From Escherichia phage FL31, in sequence record PP400782: 64,000 nt of DNA; one strand, written 5' to 3'. Under the pieces are notes generated by a model. The model did not search any database, was not told the origin of the DNA, and worked only from the letters and a program-made list of their open reading frames with translations. Positions 11,940 through 23,254 of the stretch are shown in pieces. The position numbers were made by a program, and so were the translations under genes. Each line of letters begins with the position of its first letter. Within the stretch, counting starts at the first letter, position 1.

Positions 11940-12593
11940 TTAATACTTACATGATTTGATTGTTTCTATGAACAATTTCTTAGCAGCATTTCCATCGATT
12001 TGAAGTATTTTTCGATATGCCTTTAATTTGATAGAATAATTTTGCCAGACTAAGTTATCGGTGAGTTCGTCGTGCTTATCTATAATATTCAAAAATGAGT
12101 CCAACAATAAGAAAGTCTCAAATGAAATTATATTGCTTTGTAGCAATTTGAATATGTAGCTCGACTGAACGTTGTTATTATAATCAAATATCTCTTGAAG
12201 CGCACTAACTTCAACTTTCTTACTGAAATAGTAGATGTTACGTACGTCTTCAGCAAACGTCTCTTTAGCTTGTTTGAGACGTCCAATATATTCCCTATAG
12301 AAAACTAATGCATCAGCGTCTGATATCTCACCAATCCATGCGTCTTGGTTAGCAACTAAGTTGCTTATGAATATCAAGGTGAGTTCCTTCAATTTATATT
12401 TCTCTGCTAGTTTTTCAAAGAAATATTTATCTCGGCGTTTTTGATACGCATTATCCGAAACACGCATGCACCAGTTATATTTGATTACGTCATACCGACC
12501 ATTAAAATGTTGTTTGCACATCAAGTATAGTTTGTATACCGATTTTCCGTTAATATAACGTTCTCCATCAGGAGGCATGCGTATTTTAATCAT
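11940..12593 (-). CDS. 59: helicase loader gp59
   Basis: 217 aa; synteny between 33 and 32. Confidence 0.85.
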   Translation of the reverse strand: MIKIRMPPDGERYINGKSVYKLYLMCKQHFNGRYDVIKYNWCMRVSDNAYQKRRDKYFFEKLAEKYKLKELTLIFISNLVANQDAWIGEISDADALVFYREYIGRLKQAKETFAEDVRNIYYFSKKVEVSALQEIFDYNNNVQSSYIFKLLQSNIISFETFLLLDSFLNIIDKHDELTDNLVWQNYSIKLKAYRKILQIDGNAAKKLFIETIKSCKY

Positions 12594-12928
12594 AATAAGA
12601 AATCTAACGTATTAGTTTTTTCACCACGAGCAACTGACGGGCGAAGCATGTTTTCGTCAATTGCTTCGCTTGTAATTTTTTCAACAATTCCTGTAGGAAT
12701 AAATTTAGCAAATTGTGTTTCCGGAATAGAATTTTCTTCCAAGAAAGCAGTTGTTGCTTCTAAATAAGACATACCAAATTGTTCAACCATAGATTCGATA
12801 ATGAATCCGTTTTCTTGCCGGTCAAGCAATTTAGCGATATCATCTTTATCGTGTTTTACTGCTAATTCTTGTTCAGATAAACCGGCCTCATCAACCGGTT
12901 TAATATCACTTAGTGAAAACTGTGTCAT
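12590..12928 (-). CDS. 33: late transcription co-activator gp33
   Basis: 112 aa acidic protein; synteny. Confidence 0.8.
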   Translation of the reverse strand: MTQFSLSDIKPVDEAGLSEQELAVKHDKDDIAKLLDRQENGFIIESMVEQFGMSYLEATTAFLEENSIPETQFAKFIPTGIVEKITSEAIDENMLRPSVARGEKTNTLDFLL

Positions 12929-13175
12929 AAAGCTCGACTACCTCTTCGTTTTCAGCTTCAAATTGGTCACGAGCGTCTTTATGATAAAGAGCTAACAAAC
13001 GATTAAACATTTTTCCATCGACACCAAGCTCTTCTTTAGCACGAGTACGAATGTCTTTAATCAGTTCATTATAACCAGAAATTTTAAGTTTGTTATCGGA
13101 AGCTTCCTTGACTAGTTTAGCCAGTTCTTCACCGTGCACATCTTGATTAAATTCAACTGCTTCTTTCTTAGCCAT
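12906..13175 (-). CDS. dsbA: double-stranded DNA-binding protein DsbA (start taken at MAKKE)
   Basis: About 89 aa basic protein between rnh and 33, as in T4. Confidence 0.6.
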   Translation of the reverse strand: MAKKEAVEFNQDVHGEELAKLVKEASDNKLKISGYNELIKDIRTRAKEELGVDGKMFNRLLALYHKDARDQFEAENEEVVELYDTVFTK

Positions 13176-13182
13176 GTTTACC

Positions 13183-14100
13183 TCAGAATTCATTAATTAC
13201 ACTTGTTAATTTAGAAAGACCAGATTTTACAAAATATGAATAAATCTTGCCTTTAGGTTGTTGTTTATATGAGTTATAATACTCTATAATGGTTGAAGCA
13301 ATATTATCAGGGATATAATCAAAATCAATGAGAACCAAATTTTCTTGATACCGTTTATATTCTTCTGCACTTAATAATACTTCAGCTTGAGAACGATCGT
13401 TGGCAATTGCTTCAATAATCGTTGTTTTCATGCTCGGAGTTCGTTCACCATCAACTCTGGTAAACCAGAAATCGCCACGAACTCGAACAGATGCAACACC
13501 ATCCTTACGGTCGCCTTTAAGAATTTTAGTCATGCAATCAATTTCAGCAGAACCGTTCTTAATTTTAACCCATTTTTTCTGTGGTGGCGACCACTGTTTA
13601 ACGTTAGGATATTTGTGTAATTGTGTAAAGTCACCATCTGATGCAACAATACATACCTTATGACCAGCTAATGACAAATATTTAGTTAATACACCGATAT
13701 GGTCGTCCGCTTCATACTTGTCAATATCCATTACAACGTATGGCATGTATTTCTTAATCTCATCAACAACTTGATGGAGTGCAGTAAAATATCCTTCCCA
13801 ATCCCACTTTGAAGCTTCACGATCGGTTTTACGATTTTTCTTATAATAGTAAGCAAAGTCACGACGCCAATAACCTGAAGTAGCATTATCCATACACAAT
13901 ACAAATTTTGTATAGCCTTGCTTACGGAACATCACTACGTTTTTACGAATTGAATTCAAGATTACATGTCGAACCATTGGAACAGTAATTTTATCACCGT
14001 CTTCAAAGTTGTTTAATGCGGCTGCTAATGCAATGTTACTAAAGTCAGCAAGTGCAATACCTTCTTTGTAATCTTCATCCAACATCATTTCTAAATCCAT
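13183..14100 (-). CDS. rnh: RNase H (FEN-1 family 5'-3' exonuclease)
   Basis: 305 aa; acidic active-site clusters (DGDF...); synteny next to gene 34. Confidence 0.9.
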   Translation of the reverse strand: MDLEMMLDEDYKEGIALADFSNIALAAALNNFEDGDKITVPMVRHVILNSIRKNVVMFRKQGYTKFVLCMDNATSGYWRRDFAYYYKKNRKTDREASKWDWEGYFTALHQVVDEIKKYMPYVVMDIDKYEADDHIGVLTKYLSLAGHKVCIVASDGDFTQLHKYPNVKQWSPPQKKWVKIKNGSAEIDCMTKILKGDRKDGVASVRVRGDFWFTRVDGERTPSMKTTIIEAIANDRSQAEVLLSAEEYKRYQENLVLIDFDYIPDNIASTIIEYYNSYKQQPKGKIYSYFVKSGLSKLTSVINEF

Positions 14101-14133
14101 ATGAACCTCTTGTTCAGTTAGTCAACTTGGACT

Positions 14134-14163
14134 ATAGTAACATACTAGTTCGAAAGCGTAAAT
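14134..14163 (-). promoter_or_regulatory. early promoter-like element upstream of rnh (-35 TTTACG, -10 TACTAT)
   Basis: Minus-strand hexamers with 18 bp spacer; divergent from the gene 34 late promoter. Confidence 0.35.
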
Positions 14164-14178
14164 AGTCTTTTACTCATT

Positions 14179-14186
14179 TATAAATA
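14179..14186 (+). promoter_or_regulatory. late promoter TATAAATA for gene 34
   Basis: Exact TATAAATA 34 nt upstream of the gene 34 ATG; AAGAGGA SD follows. Confidence 0.7.
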
Positions 14187-14220
14187 GTAAAATAGAACAC
14201 ATAATGATAAGAGGACTACC

Positions 14221-17200
14221 ATGGTTGACATCAAACGTAAGTTCAGGGCCGAAGATGGTCTTGACGCAGGCGGTGATAAGATAGTTAACGTTGCGCTTGC
14301 TGACCGCACAGTTGGCACCGATGGCGTGAACGTTGACTTTTTGGTGCAAGAAAACACCGTACAGAATTATGACGATACGCGCGCGTATACAAAAGATTTT
14401 ATTGTTCTTTATGATAATCGTTTTTATCAAGCTTTAAGCGATATTCCAGCTCCGGCAGGCCCTTTCTCTTTGGGTAAATGGAAGGCAACTCGTACAGATG
14501 CAGATTGGATTACAGTTCAAGGCGGAGATTTCCAATTATCAGTAGGTAACTCTATTGCGGTTGATACTTCAGCTGGCACTGATATTAATTTCACTTTGCC
14601 TCAAAATCCTTTAGATGGCGATACAGTTATTTTGTCTGATATTGGCGGTAGAGTAGGCTATGTAAAAGTTCAAATTACTGCAGCGGCTCAAAGTATTGTA
14701 AACTTTAGAGGACAACAGGTTCGTTCAGTTTTAATGACGCACCCAAAATCTAAAATGGTCTTCATTTTTAGCAACCGCCTATGGCAAATGTATATTTCTG
14801 ATTATGAACGTAATGCAGTCACAGTAACTCCTGCTAAGCCGTATCAGGCGCAACCTAACGATTTTATCATTCGTCGTTTTACATCAGCCGCTCCTATTAA
14901 TATTACATTGCCTCGCAATGCTAATAATGGCGATATTATTAATTTAGTTGATTTAGACAAATTAAACCCGTTATATCACACAATTGTCAAAACTTACGAT
15001 GATACAACTTCTATACGAGAAGCTGGTGTTCATGTAGCAGAAGGACGTAATACTGCGGAAGCGTTCTTTGTTTATGATTCTGCTAATAGCTTATGGCGTG
15101 TTTGGGAAGGTGACCAGAAATCTCGTTTACGTATAGTTCGTAATGATACTGATTTACGCCCTAATGAAGAAGTTCTTGTGTTTGGAACTAATAATGATAC
15201 AATCTCGACGGTAAATCTTACTTTGCCTACAGATATTTTGTCTGGCGATACTGTTAAAATATCGTTGAATTATATGCGTAAAGGGCAAACTGTAAAAATT
15301 AAAGCTGCTGAAGGCGATACAATTGCTACCAGTATTTCTTTATTACAGTTCCCAAAACGTTCAGAGTATCCACCTGATGCACAATGGGTTTCTGTTAGTG
15401 AGCTGGAATTTAATGGCGATACTTCGTATGTACCTGTACTTGAGTTAGCTTATATAGAAGATTATTCATCTGAAACAAAATATTGGGTAGTTCAACAAAA
15501 CACTGTAACCGTCGAACGAGTCGATGCATCGAGCAATACAACTCGAGCTCGTTTAGGTGTTATTGCTCTTGCTTCTCAAGAGCAAGCAAATGTTGATTTA
15601 GAAAATGCTCCTGGTAAAGAACTGGCTATTACTCCGGAAACATTAGCAAATCGTACAGCAACTGAAACTCGTCGTGGTATTGCTCGTATTGCAACAACTG
15701 CACAAGTTAACCAGAATACCGATTTTGCATTCCAGGATGATTTGATTATTTCTCCTAAGAAATTGAACGAACGTACAGCAACTGAAACCCGTAGAGGTGT
15801 TGCTGAAGTTGCAACTCAGGCTGAAACTAATGCTGGCACAGATGATACCACTATTATTACTCCTAAGAAATTGGATGCCCGTCAAGGTTCTGAAGTTTTA
15901 TCCGGTATTGTAAAATACACATCTACGACTGGTACTACAGCTGCTACTATTCGTGGTAATGCTGGGACTAACGTTTATAACAAATCCGTAGATAATTTAA
16001 CTATTTCTCCAAAGGCTCTTGACCAGTATAAAGCTACCCCTACTCAACAGGGCTCAGTAATTCTTGCTATTGAAAGCGAAGTTATCGCTGGCGAATCACA
16101 AGCTGGTTGGGCTAATGCTGTAGTGACCCCTGAAACTCTGCATAAGAAAACTTCTACTGATGGACGTATTGGTTTAATTGAAATTGCTACGCAAGCAGAA
16201 ACTAACACTGGAACTGATTATACTAGAGCAGTAACGCCTAAGACGTTAAATGATAGGAAAGCTACGGAAGGATTATCTGGTATAGCCGAAATTGCTACGC
16301 AAGTTGAATTTGATACTGGAACTGATGATACTCGTATCTCAACTCCACTGAAAATTAAAACTCATTTTGATTCTTCTGACCGTACCAGTGTTAATTCTGA
16401 TTCCGGACTTATTGAAGAAGGAACCTTGTGGAACCATTATACTCTTGATATTTCTAAAGCAAATGAAACACAACGTGGTACACTTCGTGTAGCGACCCAA
16501 GCTGAATCTAATGCAGGAACTTTAGATGACGTTCTTATTACTCCTAAAAAGCTTTTAGGGACTAAGTCCACTGAAACATCTGAAGGTGTAATTAAGGTTG
16601 CTACTCAAGATGAAACTGTAACGGGAACTTCCACTAATACTGCTGTATCACCTAAGAATTTAAAATGGATTGTTCAATCAGAACCATCATGGACTGCTAC
16701 TACAGCAATTCGTGGATTCGTTAAAACTTCGTCTGGTTCTATTACATTCGTTGGTAATGATACAGTTGGTTCAACACAACCTTTAGAATCATATGAAAAA
16801 AATAGCTATGCTATATCTCCATATGAATTAAACCGTGTACTTGCTAACTATTTGCCATTAAAAGCAAAAGCAGCTGATAGTAATTTGTTAGATGGTCTAG
16901 ATTCTCTTCAGTTCATCCGTAGAGACATCGACCAGACGGTTAATGGTTCTTTAAGTCTTACTAAACAGACCAACCTGAGTGCCCCTTTGGTATCTACAAG
17001 CACCGCTTCTTTTGGTTCCGAAGCATCTGTTACTCGTAGATTAACTCTTAATGACTCTAGCGGTTCCGAAATAGTTTTCACTAAAGGAACCCAATCTCTT
17101 AGTAATAAAGAGAATTTCGTTGTTAGAGTATGGGGTAATAGCGCTACAGATGGTGCCCGCGATACAGTATTTGAAGCGGGTGACGAAACCGGATACCATT

Positions 17201-18054
17201 TCTATTCTCAGCGCGCTGCTGATAATAAAGTATCATTTAATATTAATGGAACACTTTATTCAACAGGTATTGTTTCTACAAATGGATTAAATGTTACAGG
17301 TGTTTCTACCTTTACCGGGTCTATTAGTGCTACAGGCGAAATTGTTTCTAGTTCTCCTATTGCATTCAGAGCTATTAACGGTAACTATGGTGTTATGCTT
17401 TATAACGCTGGTAACAGTTCTTATATTGCATTAACTAACTCAGGTGACCAGACCGGGACGTTTAATAACTTACGCCCGATCACGATTAACAACGCCACAG
17501 GCTTAGTTCGTCTTGACAATGGTGTTCAAATCACAAGTGGTGCAACAATAACTACCGGCGGGTTAACTGTAAATAACAGAATTATTTCTAACGGCGTTAA
17601 AACTGCCACGGTTTATACCGATAAACCAACAGCTTCTACTGTAGGTTTTTGGTCTATTGACATTAACGATTCTGCTGTATATAGCCAATTCCCTGGATAC
17701 TGGACGCGTGATAACAAAGGTAACCGTGACCAAGAAATTAAATATCCTGGTACTTTGACTCAATTCGGCAATAGCTTAGATTCGCTTTATCAGGATTGGA
17801 TTTGTTATCCTACGGGTGCAAATGGTGGTAGTATTCGTTATACTCGTACCTGGCAGAAAAATAAAGATGCTTGGACTTCATTTGCAATGGTATTTGATAG
17901 TGGCAACCCACCTTCACCTAGCGATGTCGGTGCTATCCCATCTGATAATGCTGTTATTGGAAACCTTACTGTTCGAGACTTCTTACAATTAGGAAATGTG
18001 AGAATTGTTCCAGACCCGGTTAACAAAACAGTTAAATTTATATGGGTTGAATAA
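14221..18054 (+). CDS. 34: long tail fibre proximal subunit gp34
   Basis: 1277 aa; N-terminus MVDIKRKFRAEDGLDAGGDKIVNVALADRTVGTDGVN matches recalled T4 gp34. Confidence 0.9.
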   Translation: MVDIKRKFRAEDGLDAGGDKIVNVALADRTVGTDGVNVDFLVQENTVQNYDDTRAYTKDFIVLYDNRFYQALSDIPAPAGPFSLGKWKATRTDADWITVQGGDFQLSVGNSIAVDTSAGTDINFTLPQNPLDGDTVILSDIGGRVGYVKVQITAAAQSIVNFRGQQVRSVLMTHPKSKMVFIFSNRLWQMYISDYERNAVTVTPAKPYQAQPNDFIIRRFTSAAPINITLPRNANNGDIINLVDLDKLNPLYHTIVKTYDDTTSIREAGVHVAEGRNTAEAFFVYDSANSLWRVWEGDQKSRLRIVRNDTDLRPNEEVLVFGTNNDTISTVNLTLPTDILSGDTVKISLNYMRKGQTVKIKAAEGDTIATSISLLQFPKRSEYPPDAQWVSVSELEFNGDTSYVPVLELAYIEDYSSETKYWVVQQNTVTVERVDASSNTTRARLGVIALASQEQANVDLENAPGKELAITPETLANRTATETRRGIARIATTAQVNQNTDFAFQDDLIISPKKLNERTATETRRGVAEVATQAETNAGTDDTTIITPKKLDARQGSEVLSGIVKYTSTTGTTAATIRGNAGTNVYNKSVDNLTISPKALDQYKATPTQQGSVILAIESEVIAGESQAGWANAVVTPETLHKKTSTDGRIGLIEIATQAETNTGTDYTRAVTPKTLNDRKATEGLSGIAEIATQVEFDTGTDDTRISTPLKIKTHFDSSDRTSVNSDSGLIEEGTLWNHYTLDISKANETQRGTLRVATQAESNAGTLDDVLITPKKLLGTKSTETSEGVIKVATQDETVTGTSTNTAVSPKNLKWIVQSEPSWTATTAIRGFVKTSSGSITFVGNDTVGSTQPLESYEKNSYAISPYELNRVLANYLPLKAKAADSNLLDGLDSLQFIRRDIDQTVNGSLSLTKQTNLSAPLVSTSTASFGSEASVTRRLTLNDSSGSEIVFTKGTQSLSNKENFVVRVWGNSATDGARDTVFEAGDETGYHFYSQRAADNKVSFNINGTLYSTGIVSTNGLNVTGVSTFTGSISATGEIVSSSPIAFRAINGNYGVMLYNAGNSSYIALTNSGDQTGTFNNLRPITINNATGLVRLDNGVQITSGATITTGGLTVNNRIISNGVKTATVYTDKPTASTVGFWSIDINDSAVYSQFPGYWTRDNKGNRDQEIKYPGTLTQFGNSLDSLYQDWICYPTGANGGSIRYTRTWQKNKDAWTSFAMVFDSGNPPSPSDVGAIPSDNAVIGNLTVRDFLQLGNVRIVPDPVNKTVKFIWVE

Positions 18055-18062
18055 GAGGTTAT

Positions 18063-19187
18063 ATGGAAAAATTTATGGCAAGGTTTGGACATGGATACGT
18101 CCAAACGCCGTTTTTATCGGAAAGCAATTCAGTTAGATTTAAGCTAAGTATAGCGGGTTCATGCCCGCTTTCAACAACTAATCCGTATATTTTGTTCCAA
18201 AACGAGCCTTTAGGGTTGCAGTCTTTTGGTATTGGACTAAATGTTAGGGTGATAAATCCTGAAAATGGAACTATAGTTGATAGTAAATTATACAATTTTG
18301 CGCCTACAAATAATGCAACTTCGGCAGCGTTTATTTCGTTTGTTAATACATACGCGGATAATTTCATTTTCGCATTTATTTCTAATAACAAATTTAATTT
18401 GCCACCAGAAATAATTGAATGGTTTAAAGCTGCTGGGAGTTCAGTTATACCGTCAATTGAAGTTGCTAGTCTTGTTGATATTTCATATTCAGCGTTTTAT
18501 GTTTCAGGTAAAAATACTATTGCATTAGAACACATAAAATACAGTAATAAGAAAACAATTTCTGATTACGCAACTCCATTAGATATTGTATATGACTCTA
18601 TTGCTGATATAGGTGCTACCGGCTATCCTAGACGCACATATGAAGCTCTAGAAACGTTTTTATCTCCTGTTGGAGGAACTAACAATGAAATAAAAAGGAT
18701 GCCTACATCATCCCTTGTTACTCCTATCGCAAACTATGGATTAAAGCCTACAGATTTTCTTTATTTGAAATTTCAATTAATGGCTGATGAAGAATTATTA
18801 GAGGAAGGAACCACAAGACTTTCAATTCGTTTCTTTAAGTCTCCATCTAGCTCTCCTATATCATCTAAAGATATAAACTTTGATGGAACTGCTGGTGAAT
18901 GGAAGTTATACGAAGAATATGTTGAAATACCAGCCGAAGCTGATGGCTTTACGGTATATTGTTACCGTACGGCCCCAGTCGGTCAAGGTGGACTAAGAAA
19001 TGTTATTTTCACTGAAGTATCATGTAACGGAAGTATAGCAAAACCTGCCGAGTTTGGTATAAACGGTATTCGTGTTAATTACATTGATGAATCATTAACC
19101 GGTAATGATATAATGGACTTGCCTACTCAGTTATCTAACGACACAGGTAAGGTATTTGGGCAGGAATTTAAAGAGTACACAGAATAA
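18063..19187 (+). CDS. 35: long tail fibre hinge protein gp35
   Basis: 374 aa; synteny between 34 and 36. Confidence 0.8.
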   Translation: MEKFMARFGHGYVQTPFLSESNSVRFKLSIAGSCPLSTTNPYILFQNEPLGLQSFGIGLNVRVINPENGTIVDSKLYNFAPTNNATSAAFISFVNTYADNFIFAFISNNKFNLPPEIIEWFKAAGSSVIPSIEVASLVDISYSAFYVSGKNTIALEHIKYSNKKTISDYATPLDIVYDSIADIGATGYPRRTYEALETFLSPVGGTNNEIKRMPTSSLVTPIANYGLKPTDFLYLKFQLMADEELLEEGTTRLSIRFFKSPSSSPISSKDINFDGTAGEWKLYEEYVEIPAEADGFTVYCYRTAPVGQGGLRNVIFTEVSCNGSIAKPAEFGINGIRVNYIDESLTGNDIMDLPTQLSNDTGKVFGQEFKEYTE

Positions 19188-19209
19188 AGGAGACTTCGGT
19201 CTCCTTTTC
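19188..19209 (+). terminator. rho-independent terminator after gene 35
   Basis: ggagac-UUCG-gtctcc hairpin then TTTT directly after the gene 35 stop. Confidence 0.65.
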
Positions 19210-19212
19210 GCG

Positions 19213-19220
19213 TATAAATA
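19213..19220 (+). promoter_or_regulatory. late promoter TATAAATA for genes 36-37
   Basis: Exact TATAAATA about 27 nt upstream of the gene 36 ATG. Confidence 0.7.
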
Positions 19221-19246
19221 CTTTAATATTAATAAGGAGACACGAA

Positions 19247-19903
19247 ATGGCCGATTTAAAAGCCGGAAGTACAGTTGGTGGTTCCGTCATATGGCATCAA
19301 GGCAATTTTCCTTTAATGCCAGCTGGCGATGACATCCTATATAAAACATTTAAATTATACACCGAATATAACAAGCCAAAAGCGGCTGATAACGATTTCG
19401 TATCTAAAGCAAATGGTGGGACATATCTCAAAAAGGTAATCTTTAACGAAGGTGTTGCAGTCAAAACAGCAGATGACCAAACGAATGGCATTTTTTCTGG
19501 CGGTGGTGACGCCGCGACATTCGACCAAACAAACATGGATATTGTTTCGTGGTATGGTATTGGGTTTAAATCATCTCAAGGTACAGGTGAAAGAACTGTT
19601 GTAATTGATACTCGCACCGGTAATATAAGTTCTAAAGGCGTTATTGAAGCATCTCAATTCAGAGCCACAACGTTAGCACCTTTAAATAATTACGACCTTA
19701 CTCGCAAAGATTATGTTGATAGTCAAATAAATACAGTTAATGCTAATGCAAACAGTCGTGTACTCCGTTCAGGAGATACGATGACCGGCGCGCTAACCGC
19801 CCCAAACTTTTTCTCACAGAATCCTGCATCTCAACCCTCGCATGTTCCACGATTTGACCAAATTGTTATTAAGGATTCTGTTCAAGATTTCGGCTATTAT
19901 TAA
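19247..19903 (+). CDS. 36: long tail fibre distal connector gp36
   Basis: 218 aa; N-terminus MADLKAGSTVGGSVIWHQGNF. Confidence 0.85.
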   Translation: MADLKAGSTVGGSVIWHQGNFPLMPAGDDILYKTFKLYTEYNKPKAADNDFVSKANGGTYLKKVIFNEGVAVKTADDQTNGIFSGGGDAATFDQTNMDIVSWYGIGFKSSQGTGERTVVIDTRTGNISSKGVIEASQFRATTLAPLNNYDLTRKDYVDSQINTVNANANSRVLRSGDTMTGALTAPNFFSQNPASQPSHVPRFDQIVIKDSVQDFGYY

Positions 19904-19911
19904 GAGGACTT

Positions 19912-22900
19912 ATGGCTACTTTAAAACAAATACAATTTAAAAGAAGCAAAACTGCAGGAGCACGTCCTGCCGCTTCAGTATTAGCCGAAGGTGAATTGGC
20001 TATAAACTTAAAAGACCGTGTACTTTTTACTAAAGATGACCAAGGAAATATTATTGATCTGGGTTTTGCTAAAGGTGGTAGTATTGACGGGAATGTTATT
20101 CATACTGGCAATTATAACCAAACTGGCGATTATACTTTAAATGGCACCTTCACTCAGACAGGTAATTTTAATTTAACCGGTATTGCTCGAGTAACTCGTG
20201 ATATTATTGCCGCTGGGCAGATTATGACTGAAGGCGGAGAACTTATTACAAAAAGTTCAGGTACAGCGCATGTTCGTTTTCATGATTCAGCTAATCGTGA
20301 ACGTGGAATCATTTATGCCCCGGCTAATGATGGATTAACTACGCAAGTAGTTAATATCCGCGTTCAAGACTACGCCGCCGGTGATGAAAGCACCTATGCA
20401 TTTTCAGGCAGTGGCCTATTTACTTCACCTGAAGTATCAGCATGGAAATCTATGTCAACTCCTCAGATTTTGACAAATAGAGTTATTACTAATAATAAAT
20501 CTACGAGCGATTATGATATTTATTCTATGGCAGACAACGTTCCATTGTCTGAAAGCACTACTGCTATTAATCATCTCCGTGTTATGCGCAATGCTGTAGA
20601 CGCTGGTGTATTCCATGAAGTTAAAGATAATGATGGAATAACTTGGTATACCGGAGATGGCTTAGACACTTATCTTTGGTCGTTTACCTGGTCCGGCGGA
20701 TTGAAAGCAGGCCATTCTATTTCTGTTGGTACTCCTGGTGGCAATAAAGGATACTCTGAATTAGGGACTGCTTCAATTTCTCTTGGCGATAATGATACCG
20801 GGCTAAAATGGCATCAGGATGGATATTATTTCAGCGTCAATAATGGAACGAAAACATTTTTATTTAGCCCTAGCGAAACAACTAGCCTAAGAAAATTTGT
20901 AGCTGGATATTCTACTAATGGAACAGATTTAACTACTCCTCCGACTGAAAACTATGCATTAGCCACTGTTGTTACTTACCATGATAATAACGCGTATGGT
21001 GACGGTCAAACTCTTTTAGGTTATTATCAGGGCGGTAATTATCACCACTATTTCCGCGGTAAGGGTACTACAAACATTAATACTCATGGCGGTTTGTTAG
21101 TTACTCCTGGTAATATTGACGTTATTGGTGGTTCTGTTAATATCGATGGTAGAAATAATTCTTCTACACTGATGTTTAGAGGTAACACAACTGGTGCTAG
21201 TTCAGTTGATAATATGACAATTTCTGTATGGGGTAATACGTTTACTAATCCTAGTGTAGGTAATCGTAAAAACGTTATGGAAATTTCTGACGCAACTAGT
21301 TGGATGAGCTATATTCAAAGACTTACTACTGGTGAAGTAGAAATGAACGTCAATGGTTCATTTGAATCATCTGGTGTTACTGCTGGAAATAGAGGAGTTC
21401 ACACAACAGGCGAAATTTCATCCGGAGCAGTGAATGCGCTTCGCATTTGGAATGCAGATTATGGAGCTATTTTTAGACGTTCAGAAGGCAGTCTTCATAT
21501 TATTCCAACTGCTTATGGTGAAGGTAAACATGGTGATATCGGTCCACTTCGCCCGTTTAGTATGGCTTTAGATACCGGTAAAGTTACTATTCCAGATTTA
21601 CAATCAAGTTACAATACGTTTGCTGCTAACGGTTATATTAAATTTGTTGGTCATGGAGCGGGTGCCGGCGGTTATGACATTCAATATGCTCAAGCGGCCC
21701 CTATTTTCCAGGAAATTGATGATGATGCTATAAGCAAATATTATCCTATTGTTAAACAGAAGTTTTTAAACGGCAAAGCTGTTTGGTCTTTAGGTACTGA
21801 AATTAATTCGGGTACATTCGTTATTCATCATCTGAAAGAAGATGGTTCACAAGGCCATACGTCTCGTTTTAATCAGGACGGTACTGTTAACTTCCCGGGT
21901 AACGTTCAAGTTGGTGGTGGCAGAGCTATTATTGCTGAAAATGGTAACATTTTCTCTGATATCTGGGAAACATTTACTTCAGCTGGAGACACTACAAATA
22001 TTCGTGATGCGATAGCTACTCGTGTTTCTAAAGAAGGTGACACGATGACTGGTAAATTGACTTTATCTGCTGGAAATGATGCCCTTGTTTTAACTGCAGG
22101 CGTGGGTGCTTCATCGCACATCCGTAGCGATGTAGGTGGTACAGGTAACTGGTATATAGGCAAAGGCGGCGGCGATAATGGTCTAGGTTTTTACAGTTAC
22201 ATTACACAAGGCGGTGTATACATAACAAATAATGGCGAAATATCGCTTTCTCCTCAAGGTCAAGGAACATTTAATTTTAATAGAGACCGCCTTCATATAA
22301 ACGGTACACAATGGGTTGCGCATAAATCTGGCGCCTGGGGTGACCAATGGGGTTTAGAAGCTCCTATATTTGTAGATTTTGGATCCGTCAGCAATGACTG
22401 CTATTATCCTATTATTAAAGGAAAATCTGGTATTACTAACGAAGGATATTTTTCCGGCGTAGATTTTGGTATGCGACGCATTACTAATACCTGGGCGCAA
22501 GGTATTATTCGTGTAGGTAACCAGGAAAATGGCCATGACCCACAGGCTGTCTATGAATTCAATCATAACGGCACTTTTTATTCTCCTAACATGGTTCAAA
22601 CCGGCGCAAAACTATCAGCTGGTGGTGGTGACCCGGTATGGACTGGACCGTGTCTTGTTATTGGTGATAATGACACTGGGTTAGTTCATGGCGGTGACGG
22701 CCGAATCAATATGGTTGCCAATGGTATACATATTGCAAACTGGGGAGCAGGCTATCAATCTCATCCTGGGCTTTGGGATTCAACCGGTGCTTTTTGGACA
22801 GAAGTTGGAAGAGCTATCGTTTCTCATGGGCATCTCGTTCAGGCAAATGATAGTTATTCAACGTTTGTCCGTGATGTTTATGTCCGTTCTGATATTCGTG

Positions 22901-23223
22901 TTAAAAAAGACCTTGTTAAATTTGAAAATGCTTCTGAGAAGCTTTCTAAAATTAACGGTTACACTTATATGCAGAAGCGAGGCCTAGATGAAGAAGGTAA
23001 TCAGAAATGGGAACCTAACGCCGGTTTGATAGCTCAAGAAGTTCAAGCTATTTTGCCTGAATTAGTTGAAGGTGACCCTGATGGCGAAGCTTTACTTCGT
23101 TTGAACTATAACGGTGTAATTGGTTTAAATACAGCTGCAATCAATGAGCATACTGCAGAAATTGCGGAACTTAAATCAGAAATTGAAGAACTTAAAGCAT
23201 TAGTTAAATCATTGTTAAAATAA
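19912..23223 (+). CDS. 37: long tail fibre distal subunit gp37 with C-terminal intramolecular-chaperone (peptidase S74-like) domain
   Basis: 1103 aa; N-terminus [22 protein letters not shown]; C-terminal ...SDIRVKKDL...[15 protein letters not shown]... coiled-coil tail. Confidence 0.9.
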   Translation: MATLKQIQFKRSKTAGARPAASVLAEGELAINLKDRVLFTKDDQGNIIDLGFAKGGSIDGNVIHTGNYNQTGDYTLNGTFTQTGNFNLTGIARVTRDIIAAGQIMTEGGELITKSSGTAHVRFHDSANRERGIIYAPANDGLTTQVVNIRVQDYAAGDESTYAFSGSGLFTSPEVSAWKSMSTPQILTNRVITNNKSTSDYDIYSMADNVPLSESTTAINHLRVMRNAVDAGVFHEVKDNDGITWYTGDGLDTYLWSFTWSGGLKAGHSISVGTPGGNKGYSELGTASISLGDNDTGLKWHQDGYYFSVNNGTKTFLFSPSETTSLRKFVAGYSTNGTDLTTPPTENYALATVVTYHDNNAYGDGQTLLGYYQGGNYHHYFRGKGTTNINTHGGLLVTPGNIDVIGGSVNIDGRNNSSTLMFRGNTTGASSVDNMTISVWGNTFTNPSVGNRKNVMEISDATSWMSYIQRLTTGEVEMNVNGSFESSGVTAGNRGVHTTGEISSGAVNALRIWNADYGAIFRRSEGSLHIIPTAYGEGKHGDIGPLRPFSMALDTGKVTIPDLQSSYNTFAANGYIKFVGHGAGAGGYDIQYAQAAPIFQEIDDDAISKYYPIVKQKFLNGKAVWSLGTEINSGTFVIHHLKEDGSQGHTSRFNQDGTVNFPGNVQVGGGRAIIAENGNIFSDIWETFTSAGDTTNIRDAIATRVSKEGDTMTGKLTLSAGNDALVLTAGVGASSHIRSDVGGTGNWYIGKGGGDNGLGFYSYITQGGVYITNNGEISLSPQGQGTFNFNRDRLHINGTQWVAHKSGAWGDQWGLEAPIFVDFGSVSNDCYYPIIKGKSGITNEGYFSGVDFGMRRITNTWAQGIIRVGNQENGHDPQAVYEFNHNGTFYSPNMVQTGAKLSAGGGDPVWTGPCLVIGDNDTGLVHGGDGRINMVANGIHIANWGAGYQSHPGLWDSTGAFWTEVGRAIVSHGHLVQANDSYSTFVRDVYVRSDIRVKKDLVKFENASEKLSKINGYTYMQKRGLDEEGNQKWEPNAGLIAQEVQAILPELVEGDPDGEALLRLNYNGVIGLNTAAINEHTAEIAELKSEIEELKALVKSLLK

Positions 23224-23228
23224 TAAGA

Positions 23229-23242
23229 GGGGCTTCGGCCCC
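23229..23242 (+). promoter_or_regulatory. UUCG hairpin between genes 37 and 38, next to the gene 38 SD
   Basis: ggggc-UUCG-gcccc followed by ttGGAGGtttatATG; no U run, so not a typical terminator. Confidence 0.4.
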
Positions 23243-23254
23243 TTGGAGGTTTAT